From Gammaproteobacteria bacterium (GTDB taxonomy: Bacteria > Pseudomonadota > Gammaproteobacteria > GCA-002705445 > GCA-002716945): DNA of 64,000 nucleotides. Numbering within the stretch: the stretch's first letter is position 1; each line of letters begins with the position of its first letter. The translations under genes and the position numbers were made by a program. The stretch spans positions 17,867 through 81,866 of the forward strand of contig JAURQW010000010.1 of assembly GCA_030835925.1 (NCBI GenBank). The letters run 5' to 3'. This document shows positions 10,172 to 17,196 of the stretch, piece after piece. The notes under the pieces are model-generated. The model did not search any database. It saw only the letters and a list, made by a program, of their open reading frames with translations, and had not been told where the DNA came from.

Positions 10172-11497
10172 ATGGAAGCCCAATCAGAATTTGAAATTTT
10201 GTTTAATGACAGCATGGATAAGCTGGATATGACGCCTGGTAGCATCGTAACAGCTACTGTCATAGAAATTAGAAATGATTATGTAGTCATCAATGCCGGG
10301 CTCAAGTCAGAGGGAATAATCCCCAAAAATCAATTTCTAGATGTTAGCGGTAAATTAGAGATAGAGATTGGAGATCAAGTAGAGGTCACTCTTGATGTTA
10401 TTGAAGACGGTTATGGAGAAACCATAATGTCTCGTGAGAAAGCTAAAAGGACAAAAGTCTGGTCAGAATTAGAATCAATACAGAATAGTCAAGAAATTAT
10501 TGAAGGAAAGGTTTGTGGTAAAGTTAAAGGTGGATTTACTGTGGAACTTATGAACATAAAAGCTTTCTTGCCTGGCTCTCTTGTAGATGTTAGGCCAACA
10601 AAAGAAACAGACTATATCGAAGGAAAAATACTTGAGTTTAAAATAATAAAAATGGATAAAGTAAGGAATAATATTGTTCTCTCTAGAAAAGCTGTTTTAA
10701 TGGATCAAAACTCGAGTCCAGAAGAAGTTGCAGAAAAATATACTGAAGGAAAAAAAGTAACTGGGTTTATAAAAAATCTAACAGACTATGGTGCCTTTAT
10801 AGATCTAGGCGGCATCGATGGTTTACTTCATATTACGGATATCTCATGGAAACGTATTAATCACCCTAGTGAATTATTAAGAGTGGGAGATGAAATTGAA
10901 GTTATAGTTCTTAAGTTTGATACTGAAAAAAATCGTGTTAGTCTTGGCATGAAACAGCTACTAGATGACCCATGGGATAAAATTCCTGAAAAACTTGAGG
11001 TTGGTTCATCATACAATGGTGTTGTTGCAAATATAGCTGATTATGGAGTTTTTGTAGATTTAGGCGATAATGTTGAAGGTCTTGTGAGAACATCAGAATT
11101 AAACTGGACGAATAAAAATATTAACCCAAATAAAGTTGTTAATCTAGGTGACGAAATTCAGGTCAAAGTTATAGAAATTGATAATGAAAAAAGAAGAGTC
11201 TCGTTAAGTCACAAACAATGTTTGGATAATCCATGGTCTGAATTTGCAGAAAATAATAACAAAGGCGACATAATCACCAGCCAGATTAAGTCTATAACTG
11301 ATTTTGGTATTTTTGTTGGTCTAGATGGCGGCATTGATGGTCTCATACATATAACTGATATTACATCTTCAGAGGACAACCAAGAAGAGGCTATAAGGTC
11401 TTATAAAAAAGGTGATGATGTTCAGTCTATCATTCTATCAATTGACTCCGAAAGAGAACGTGTATCTTTAGGGATAAAGCAACTAGAACAAGATTGA
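10172..11497 (+). CDS. rpsA: 30S ribosomal protein S1 (short form, about five S1 domains)
   Basis: 441 aa. Contains repeated S1/OB modules (G.V...V..I.DYGAFVDLG.IDGLLHI.D). Follows cmk and precedes ihfB as in E. coli and Pseudomonas. Confidence 0.92.
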   Translation: MEAQSEFEILFNDSMDKLDMTPGSIVTATVIEIRNDYVVINAGLKSEGIIPKNQFLDVSGKLEIEIGDQVEVTLDVIEDGYGETIMSREKAKRTKVWSELESIQNSQEIIEGKVCGKVKGGFTVELMNIKAFLPGSLVDVRPTKETDYIEGKILEFKIIKMDKVRNNIVLSRKAVLMDQNSSPEEVAEKYTEGKKVTGFIKNLTDYGAFIDLGGIDGLLHITDISWKRINHPSELLRVGDEIEVIVLKFDTEKNRVSLGMKQLLDDPWDKIPEKLEVGSSYNGVVANIADYGVFVDLGDNVEGLVRTSELNWTNKNINPNKVVNLGDEIQVKVIEIDNEKRRVSLSHKQCLDNPWSEFAENNNKGDIITSQIKSITDFGIFVGLDGGIDGLIHITDITSSEDNQEEAIRSYKKGDDVQSIILSIDSERERVSLGIKQLEQD

Positions 11498-11510
11498 ATA
11501 ATACTTAACA

Positions 11511-11801
11511 ATGATTTTAAATAGATCTGAATTAATCACAAAGCTATCGAATAAGTTTAAATCCTTCACTTCATCAGATATTGATTACTCTGTAAAAAAA
11601 ATTCTTGAACACATTTCTAAATCTCTATACTCTGGTGATAGGATAGAAATTAGAGGTTTTGGTACTTTTTCTCTTCATAATCATAATTCAAGAACAGCTA
11701 GAAATCCAAAAACAGGACAATTGGTTGCCTTAGAAAAAAGATATAGCATTCATTTTAAGCCAAGCAAAGAGCTTAAAAATAGAGTAGATAATAAAAATTA
11801 G
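11511..11801 (+). CDS. ihfB: Integration host factor subunit beta
   Basis: 96 aa HU/IHF fold. IEIRGFGTFSLH...RTARNPKTG; position immediately after rpsA. Confidence 0.88.
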   Translation: MILNRSELITKLSNKFKSFTSSDIDYSVKKILEHISKSLYSGDRIEIRGFGTFSLHNHNSRTARNPKTGQLVALEKRYSIHFKPSKELKNRVDNKN

Positions 11802-11853
11802 ATCTTAATTCCCTTCTATTAATATCTGTAATAGCATAAAATAAAAAATAAGT

Positions 11854-12150
11854 ATGTTTAGAGTTTTAATATTTTTGATAATGTTAGGTCTATTGGCCTT
11901 ATCTATTACGCTATCAATGCTGAATCCGATGGAAATAGAAATTGATCTATACTTTCATGCATACAAAGCACCATTGCCATTATTTCTATTTGTCAGCTTT
12001 CTCATTGGATCATTCGTAGCGCTTTTATTTTTCTTTTCAGCATACATTAAGAACAAACATGAAAATAGAAATCTCAAAAGAATGATGAAGAATAAGGAAG
12101 ATGAAATTGATAATTTGAGAAAAAACCCTCTTAGAGATGATAACGAATGA
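11854..12150 (+). CDS. lapA: Lipopolysaccharide assembly protein LapA (YciS/DUF1049-like small membrane protein)
   Basis: 98 aa with two hydrophobic helices and a charged tail. It overlaps the downstream lapB, giving the ihfB-lapA-lapB order. Confidence 0.6.
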   Translation: MFRVLIFLIMLGLLALSITLSMLNPMEIEIDLYFHAYKAPLPLFLFVSFLIGSFVALLFFFSAYIKNKHENRNLKRMMKNKEDEIDNLRKNPLRDDNE

Positions 12151-13322
12151 TTTATATATTATCTCTCGTGATAGTGATTGTACTATCAGTTGTATACTAT
12201 TTTTATAAACCTACGAATAAGAAAAATAAAAATATATTTAATGCAGAGTACTACAGAGGGTTAAATTATCTTCTAAATAATGAGGAAGATAAAGCCTTCA
12301 AGATATTTACTGCTTTAATGGATGTAGATAGCTCTACAATTGAAACTCATCTTGCTCTCGGGGGTCTATATAGAAAAAGAGGGGAATTTGATAAAGCTAT
12401 TCTAATACATCAAAACTTACTGTCTCGACCTACTCTTGAAATCGAGTTGAAAAATCAGGCGTTATATGAATTGGCAAAAGATTTTTATAATGCTGGTTTG
12501 TATGATAGGTCAGAAAAAATATTTAAAAATATATCTGATATAAAGAATTATAAAAAATCTTCTCTAGAGTATCTCGTTAAAATATATGAAGCATCGAAGG
12601 ACTGGGAGAGAGCGATTGATTTAATTAAAACTATTGGTGACATTAAAGTAAATGGCCATGAGAAGGAGATGCTATTAGCTCAGTATTATTGTGAAATATC
12701 ATCGTTATACATGCATCAAAATCAAATAGAGAAATCTATAGCTATAACTAAAAAAGCTCTAAAAGTTAATCCTAAATGTGTTAGAGCCAATATACAGTTA
12801 GCTGATTGTTATACAACAAATGACATAGGAACATCTTGCCAGTATTTAAATGCAATTATTGATCAAGATAATAAGTTTGCAAGCCTAATAACAAATAAGA
12901 TCATTACCCTAGCAAAGAAACTTAATAATATGTCTGTGATCATGAAAACTATCGTATCAATCTCAAATTTAAAAGATATTAACTTCTTGCCTGAGATTTA
13001 TTTATTTCTATATTATGAAGATGAAAAAATTTTAGCTCAACAATATATTGATAAGTTTGAAGGTAACAATTTAATTAATAAGTTTACTATCACTCATACT
13101 TTATTATCATCAGATGATAATATGATGACGCCTCATATAAAAAACTTAGTCACTTCATATAATGAAATATTTTCACATAAGCATTTTTTTGTTTGTAATA
13201 ATTGTGGTTATAAATCTAATGAGTTAAACTGGTTATGTCCAAGTTGCAATAGTTGGGAAACTATTTACCCAAAATCAGCGATAGATTTACTAAGAGAAGG
13301 TGGAGTGAGTGAGTCAAGATAA
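12147..13322 (+). CDS. lapB: Lipopolysaccharide assembly protein LapB (YciM)
   Basis: 391 aa. N-terminal TM helix, TPR-like repeats and a C-terminal rubredoxin-type CNNCGY...CPSCNSW metal site. Confidence 0.8.
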   Translation: MIYILSLVIVIVLSVVYYFYKPTNKKNKNIFNAEYYRGLNYLLNNEEDKAFKIFTALMDVDSSTIETHLALGGLYRKRGEFDKAILIHQNLLSRPTLEIELKNQALYELAKDFYNAGLYDRSEKIFKNISDIKNYKKSSLEYLVKIYEASKDWERAIDLIKTIGDIKVNGHEKEMLLAQYYCEISSLYMHQNQIEKSIAITKKALKVNPKCVRANIQLADCYTTNDIGTSCQYLNAIIDQDNKFASLITNKIITLAKKLNNMSVIMKTIVSISNLKDINFLPEIYLFLYYEDEKILAQQYIDKFEGNNLINKFTITHTLLSSDDNMMTPHIKNLVTSYNEIFSHKHFFVCNNCGYKSNELNWLCPSCNSWETIYPKSAIDLLREGGVSESR

Positions 13323-13998
13323 TACTAACAAGATAATCATTGCCCTAGACTATAATAATAAGAAAGATGTGCTTGATCTTTGTGATCAGCTAGACCCTGC
13401 ATCTTGTAGACTGAAGGTTGGCAAACAGTTATTTACTCAACTAGGACCAGATATAATTGAATCACTCCATGCAAAAAACTTTGAAATATTTCTTGATCTA
13501 AAATTTCATGATATTCCAATAACAGTTTACAAAGCATGTTTGGTAGCGTATGAACTGGGCGTATGGATGTTAAATATTCATTTATTAGGTGGAAGAGAAA
13601 TGGTATTGGCGGCAAAACAAGCAAGAGATGAGCAAAATACTTCGGCCCTTCTAATTGGAGTAACTCTGTTAACTAGTCACAGCGACGAGTCTCTGGAATT
13701 TTTAAATCTTCCAAATCGTCTATCAACAGTCCAAAAACTCGCTCAGTCTGCTCATAACTGTCAAATTGATGGAGTAGTATGTTCTCCTTCAGATATAAAT
13801 AGTATCAAAGAGGTAACTTCAGATTTACTTTTTGTAACACCAGGGATAAGACTCGCAAATCAAGCGGATGATCATGCTAGAGTGTACACGCCTAAAAAAG
13901 CAATTCTAGCGGGCTCTGATTATCTAGTCGTCGGGAGACCTATCACAGAATCAAAACACCCCATGAAGGTCATCGATGAAATTAAATCTATGATTTAA
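13309..13998 (+). CDS. pyrF: Orotidine 5'-phosphate decarboxylase
   Basis: 229 aa. IIALDY, LKVGKQLF, FLDLKFHDIPIT and VVGRPIT motifs; lapB-pyrF synteny. Confidence 0.9.
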   Translation: MSQDNTNKIIIALDYNNKKDVLDLCDQLDPASCRLKVGKQLFTQLGPDIIESLHAKNFEIFLDLKFHDIPITVYKACLVAYELGVWMLNIHLLGGREMVLAAKQARDEQNTSALLIGVTLLTSHSDESLEFLNLPNRLSTVQKLAQSAHNCQIDGVVCSPSDINSIKEVTSDLLFVTPGIRLANQADDHARVYTPKKAILAGSDYLVVGRPITESKHPMKVIDEIKSMI

Positions 13999-14983
13999 AG
14001 TCATTCAATAATTTACTATAGCTATCTTTATGTCCTAGTTTAGCTCCATATACTTGGATAATTCTTGAAGAACAATAATTGGCAAAATTTAGAGATTCCT
14101 GAGGATTGGTTCCATCATATTTGTGCATATAGGCACCAAGAAACATATCACCCGCACCTGTGAAGTCTTTTGATGGTACATTTAATCCCTTCGTTGAATA
14201 TAAATTATGACTATCAAAACAAATTGCTCCATTACCCCCTAGTGTTATAACATATTCATTTGTTATACCTCTGAGAAATTCTTGCGCATCTTTTAAGTTA
14301 TCTGTTTCTGAAAAATTTAATGCTTCTTGTTCATTACAAAATACTATATCTGCCTTGTTTTTGAATAACTTTAATAAACTATCTCTAAAAAAAGAAACTA
14401 TATTTGGATCTGAAAGAGTTATAACTTTTTTTGTTGATGTTTGTTCAGTATACTCTAGCGCAGACATTCCAACAGACAATGTATCCTCAGATGTTACCAA
14501 GTACCCTTCAATCAATAAATACTCTGATGATACTAGTGCATCTTTATTAATATCAGTTATATCTAATAAAGATGATGACCCAAGATAAGTATTCATAGTT
14601 CTTTCATTATCTGGTGTAATTAAAACCAAACATTCTCCACTTCGTTGTTTTTCAGTTTGATTTACAAATGATTCTACTCCAGAATCAATTAAACATGTAA
14701 TGAAGTTGCTTCCTGTTTTATCATTCGAAACCTTACCTGAAAAACATACGCTGTTATCAAATTGAGCCATTGTAAATATAGAGTTTGCAACTGATCCTCC
14801 TGGAACAATTTTCTCTGGAGGCCTGATATTTCTCAAAGAATTATGAACCTTAAAATGTTTATCATATTCATTTAAGAGCATACAGCCCTTATCAAGACCT
14901 AAGCTTTTTAAAACCTCATCATTTACTTTATACTCATAATCAAGTAGCGCATTACCTATGCCATACATTTTATATTTATTCAT
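13988..14983 (-). CDS. PfkB-family carbohydrate/nucleoside kinase (adenosine kinase-like)
   Basis: 331 aa. N-terminal GNALLDY, GGSVANS, and the C-terminal PfkB signature DFTGAGDMFLGAY. Confidence 0.7.
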   Translation of the reverse strand: MNKYKMYGIGNALLDYEYKVNDEVLKSLGLDKGCMLLNEYDKHFKVHNSLRNIRPPEKIVPGGSVANSIFTMAQFDNSVCFSGKVSNDKTGSNFITCLIDSGVESFVNQTEKQRSGECLVLITPDNERTMNTYLGSSSLLDITDINKDALVSSEYLLIEGYLVTSEDTLSVGMSALEYTEQTSTKKVITLSDPNIVSFFRDSLLKLFKNKADIVFCNEQEALNFSETDNLKDAQEFLRGITNEYVITLGGNGAICFDSHNLYSTKGLNVPSKDFTGAGDMFLGAYMHKYDGTNPQESLNFANYCSSRIIQVYGAKLGHKDSYSKLLNDFKS

Positions 14984-15007
14984 AATTTTCCTTTCTATTA
15001 AATTTTA

Positions 15008-15060
15008 TAGCGAAGGAGGGAGTCGAACCCTCACGCACTTGCATGCAAGGGATTTTGAAT
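15008..15060 (-). pseudogene. 3' half of an interrupted tRNA-Leu(CAA): anticodon loop, variable arm, T arm and acceptor 3' strand
   Basis: Minus-strand read: ATTCAAAATCCCTTGCATGCAAGTGCGTGAGGGTTCGACTCCCTCCTTCGCTA. The T arm is GAGGG-TTCGACT-CCCTC. It is complementary to the 5' half at 20854-20891. Upstream sequence is not a D arm. Confidence 0.85.
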
Positions 15061-15061
15061 C
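15053..15061. repeat. 9-bp direct repeat TTTTGAATC at the left junction (target-site duplication or att core)
   Basis: Identical 9-mer at 20854-20862. Together the two copies correspond to the single anticodon loop/stem sequence of the uninterrupted tRNA. Confidence 0.8.
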
Positions 15062-15073
15062 ATTTTGAGTACA

Positions 15074-15097
15074 CTGTATGAATCGCAAACCCTTATA
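15074..15097. repeat. Left subterminal inverted repeat CTGTATGAATCGCAAACCCTTATA
   Basis: The reverse complement of 20826-20848 is CTGTATGAATCAAACCCCTTATA. There are 22 matching positions with two small indels. Confidence 0.8.
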
Positions 15098-15120
15098 TTC
15101 CAACACTTCTAGAACATCAA
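15092..15120 (-). promoter_or_regulatory. Candidate outward-facing sigma70-like promoter (TTGATG-17 nt-TATAAG) reading toward the tRNA 3' half and the PfkB kinase gene
   Basis: On the minus strand the -35 TTGATG is at 15120-15115 and the -10 TATAAG at 15097-15092, with a 17-nt spacer. It lies just downstream of the 28-bp repeat, the same layout as upstream of the island tRNA. AT-rich DNA yields such hexamers by chance. Confidence 0.25.
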
Positions 15121-15148
15121 AAAAAATGTTTGTGAAATGTTTGTGGTA
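15121..15148. repeat. 28-bp direct repeat AAAAAATGTTTGTGAAATGTTTGTGGTA (tandem AATGTTTGTG motif), left copy
   Basis: 27/28 identical to 20775-20802. The internal 10-11 bp motif is itself duplicated in tandem. Confidence 0.85.
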
Positions 15149-15224
15149 TATCTCTTATTTTCGCATCTTTTATCATTGATATAAATCTTAACAATTCTAA
15201 CATGAAAATATCATAAGAATAGTT

Positions 15225-15250
15225 TAAATAATCTACTTTAAGATTATTTA
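15225..15250. promoter_or_regulatory. Perfect 10-bp inverted repeat TAAATAATCT-N6-AGATTATTTA upstream of the first methyltransferase (possible operator)
   Basis: Read directly from the sequence. It lies 64-89 bp upstream of ATG 15314. There is no downstream T-run, so it is unlikely to be a terminator. A palindrome this size is only weakly significant in AT-rich DNA. Confidence 0.2.
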
Positions 15251-15313
15251 GGTATATTGGATATGGATAATAAAGTATAATTATTTCTATTTAATAAAAC
15301 TCACATAAGATGC

Positions 15314-16495
15314 ATGGATATATTAGTCAATTTTAAGCAAAACTTAAGTCTACCAAGACACTCATGGTTCAATATCAAAGAAGGATACAGTAGTCTATTA
15401 GTATCCAATATCATTGACGAACTAAATATTACTGATAAAGATCTGGTTCTCGATCCTTTTTCTGGTAGTGGAACAACAGTATTACATTGTGCTTTAAATA
15501 ATATTGAATCTATAGGTATAGAGGTAAATCCTTTTTTACACTTTTTATCAAAAAATAAATCATTAAATTTTAAAAAATCTCTTAAAGAAATTAGAAAGTC
15601 TATAGTAAATATTGATCTATCTGAGAGTTATGAAGAACCGCTACTATCTATTTCAAAAAAATTATTTGGAGGTCAACTAAAACAAGTACTTCAATTAAAA
15701 AAATATATCTCTAATATTAATGACATTAAAGTAAAAAACTTCTTACATACCGCATTTTTATGTAGTCTTGATTCTTGTAGTTATGCAAAAAAAGATGGCA
15801 ATGGATTACGATATCCAAAAAATAAAAAACCTAAAGATATCATCTTAGAATTTAATCAAAATGCATATTCAATGCTAGATGACATAGAAAAAACATGTAC
15901 TCTTAGAACACCAAGAATTATAAATAACAATACATTGAAGGAAATCACAAAGAAATCATTTAAAAAGCAATACTCAAATAAATTAAGTTTAATTATGTTT
16001 TCACCGCCTTATGCTAACTGCTTCGATTATACAGAGGTCTATAAAACAGAATTATGGTTTGGTGACTTTATTAAAAATTATAGTGAACTAAAAGTATTAA
16101 GAAACAAATCGATGTCATCACATCTTAATAAAGACTTTGCTAACATTAAATCTATTGAACTTATTAACTATATTAATAAATTAATTAATAAAAAATTATG
16201 GTCAAAAAAAATAATTCCTATGCTTAATAATTATTTTGTTGAATTTGAATTATTGCTAGAGAATTTATATGATTTACTAAAAAAAGAAAAATACTGTATA
16301 ATAGTTGTTGGTAATTCATCTTATGGAAATTGTGTAATTCCTACTGATATTATAATTACTAAGATTGCAACAAGAATTGGTTATTCATCTGCTAAAATTA
16401 ATGTTGTACGAAAACTAGGAACAAGTTCTCAGCAATATAAAAAAGTTGATAAACCAGATTTACTTCGTGAGAGTATAATTTACCTTCAAAAATAA
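15314..16495 (+). CDS. DNA methyltransferase (N6-adenine/N4-cytosine type; motif I precedes motif IV)
   Basis: 393 aa. SAM-binding LDPFSGSGTT is at nt 15452-15478 and the catalytic SPPY (MFSPPYANCFDY) at nt 16001-12. About 150 aa between the motifs and about 160 aa after them could hold a target-recognition region. Confidence 0.8.
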   Translation: MDILVNFKQNLSLPRHSWFNIKEGYSSLLVSNIIDELNITDKDLVLDPFSGSGTTVLHCALNNIESIGIEVNPFLHFLSKNKSLNFKKSLKEIRKSIVNIDLSESYEEPLLSISKKLFGGQLKQVLQLKKYISNINDIKVKNFLHTAFLCSLDSCSYAKKDGNGLRYPKNKKPKDIILEFNQNAYSMLDDIEKTCTLRTPRIINNNTLKEITKKSFKKQYSNKLSLIMFSPPYANCFDYTEVYKTELWFGDFIKNYSELKVLRNKSMSSHLNKDFANIKSIELINYINKLINKKLWSKKIIPMLNNYFVEFELLLENLYDLLKKEKYCIIVVGNSSYGNCVIPTDIIITKIATRIGYSSAKINVVRKLGTSSQQYKKVDKPDLLRESIIYLQK

Positions 16496-17196
16496 TGTTA
16501 AAACTTAATAAAATTTATAATCTTGATTGTTTAGATGGACTTTCTAAGTTAGATGATGAATCAATTGACTTGATAATAACATCTCCACCATATAATTTAG
16601 GTAATACTCATCATACTGGTACAAAAAAAACACAATCTTATGAAGATGATATGCCAGAAGTAGATTACCAAAAATGGCAGAAGCAAGTTCTTGATGAATG
16701 TTTTCGAGTTTTAACTCCTGTGGGTTCAATGATTTACCAACATAAGAATCGAATAAAAAAAGGACTTCAGATATCGCCTTACGAGTGGATATTTAAAACA
16801 AAATTTATTGTTAAACAAGAAATTGTCTGGATAAATAGGAGTCAAAATTTTGATAAAATTAGATTTTATCCCTTTACAGAGAGAGTATATTGGATGACTA
16901 AAAACAGTAAGATTAAACTCAAGAATACAATTAATAAACAGGATGTCTTTGATTGGACTGAATGGAGACCTGTAGGCACTAAGATGCAACATACGAGAGC
17001 ATTCCCAGAAAAACTGGTGTCAGATATGCTCGCAGTATTTCCAGATGCAAAAATAATATTAGATCCTTTTTTAGGTTCTGGGACTGTTGCTTATGTAGCA
17101 AAAAAACTTAAGAGAGATTATATAGGGTTTGATATTGATAAAGATTTCGTAAAACAAGCAAGATCAAGATTAAGAAAAAAAGATTTATTCGATTAA
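16495..17196 (+). CDS. DNA methyltransferase, beta-class N4/N6 (motif IV precedes motif I; N6_N4_Mtase-like)
   Basis: 233 aa. IITSPPYNLG (nt 16582-93) lies near the N-terminus and LDPFLGSGTVAYVAKKLKRDYIGFDID (from nt 17062) near the C-terminus. TAATG stop/start overlap with the upstream MTase. Confidence 0.85.
   Translation: MLKLNKIYNLDCLDGLSKLDDESIDLIITSPPYNLGNTHHTGTKKTQSYEDDMPEVDYQKWQKQVLDECFRVLTPVGSMIYQHKNRIKKGLQISPYEWIFKTKFIVKQEIVWINRSQNFDKIRFYPFTERVYWMTKNSKIKLKNTINKQDVFDWTEWRPVGTKMQHTRAFPEKLVSDMLAVFPDAKIILDPFLGSGTVAYVAKKLKRDYIGFDIDKDFVKQARSRLRKKDLFD

Noticed and set aside
15225-15250. The 10-bp palindrome as a Rho-independent terminator for a leftward or rightward transcript.
   Set aside because: The stem is entirely A/T-rich with only 2 G/C pairs and there is no flanking U-run on either side. 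It is kept only as a low-confidence operator candidate.
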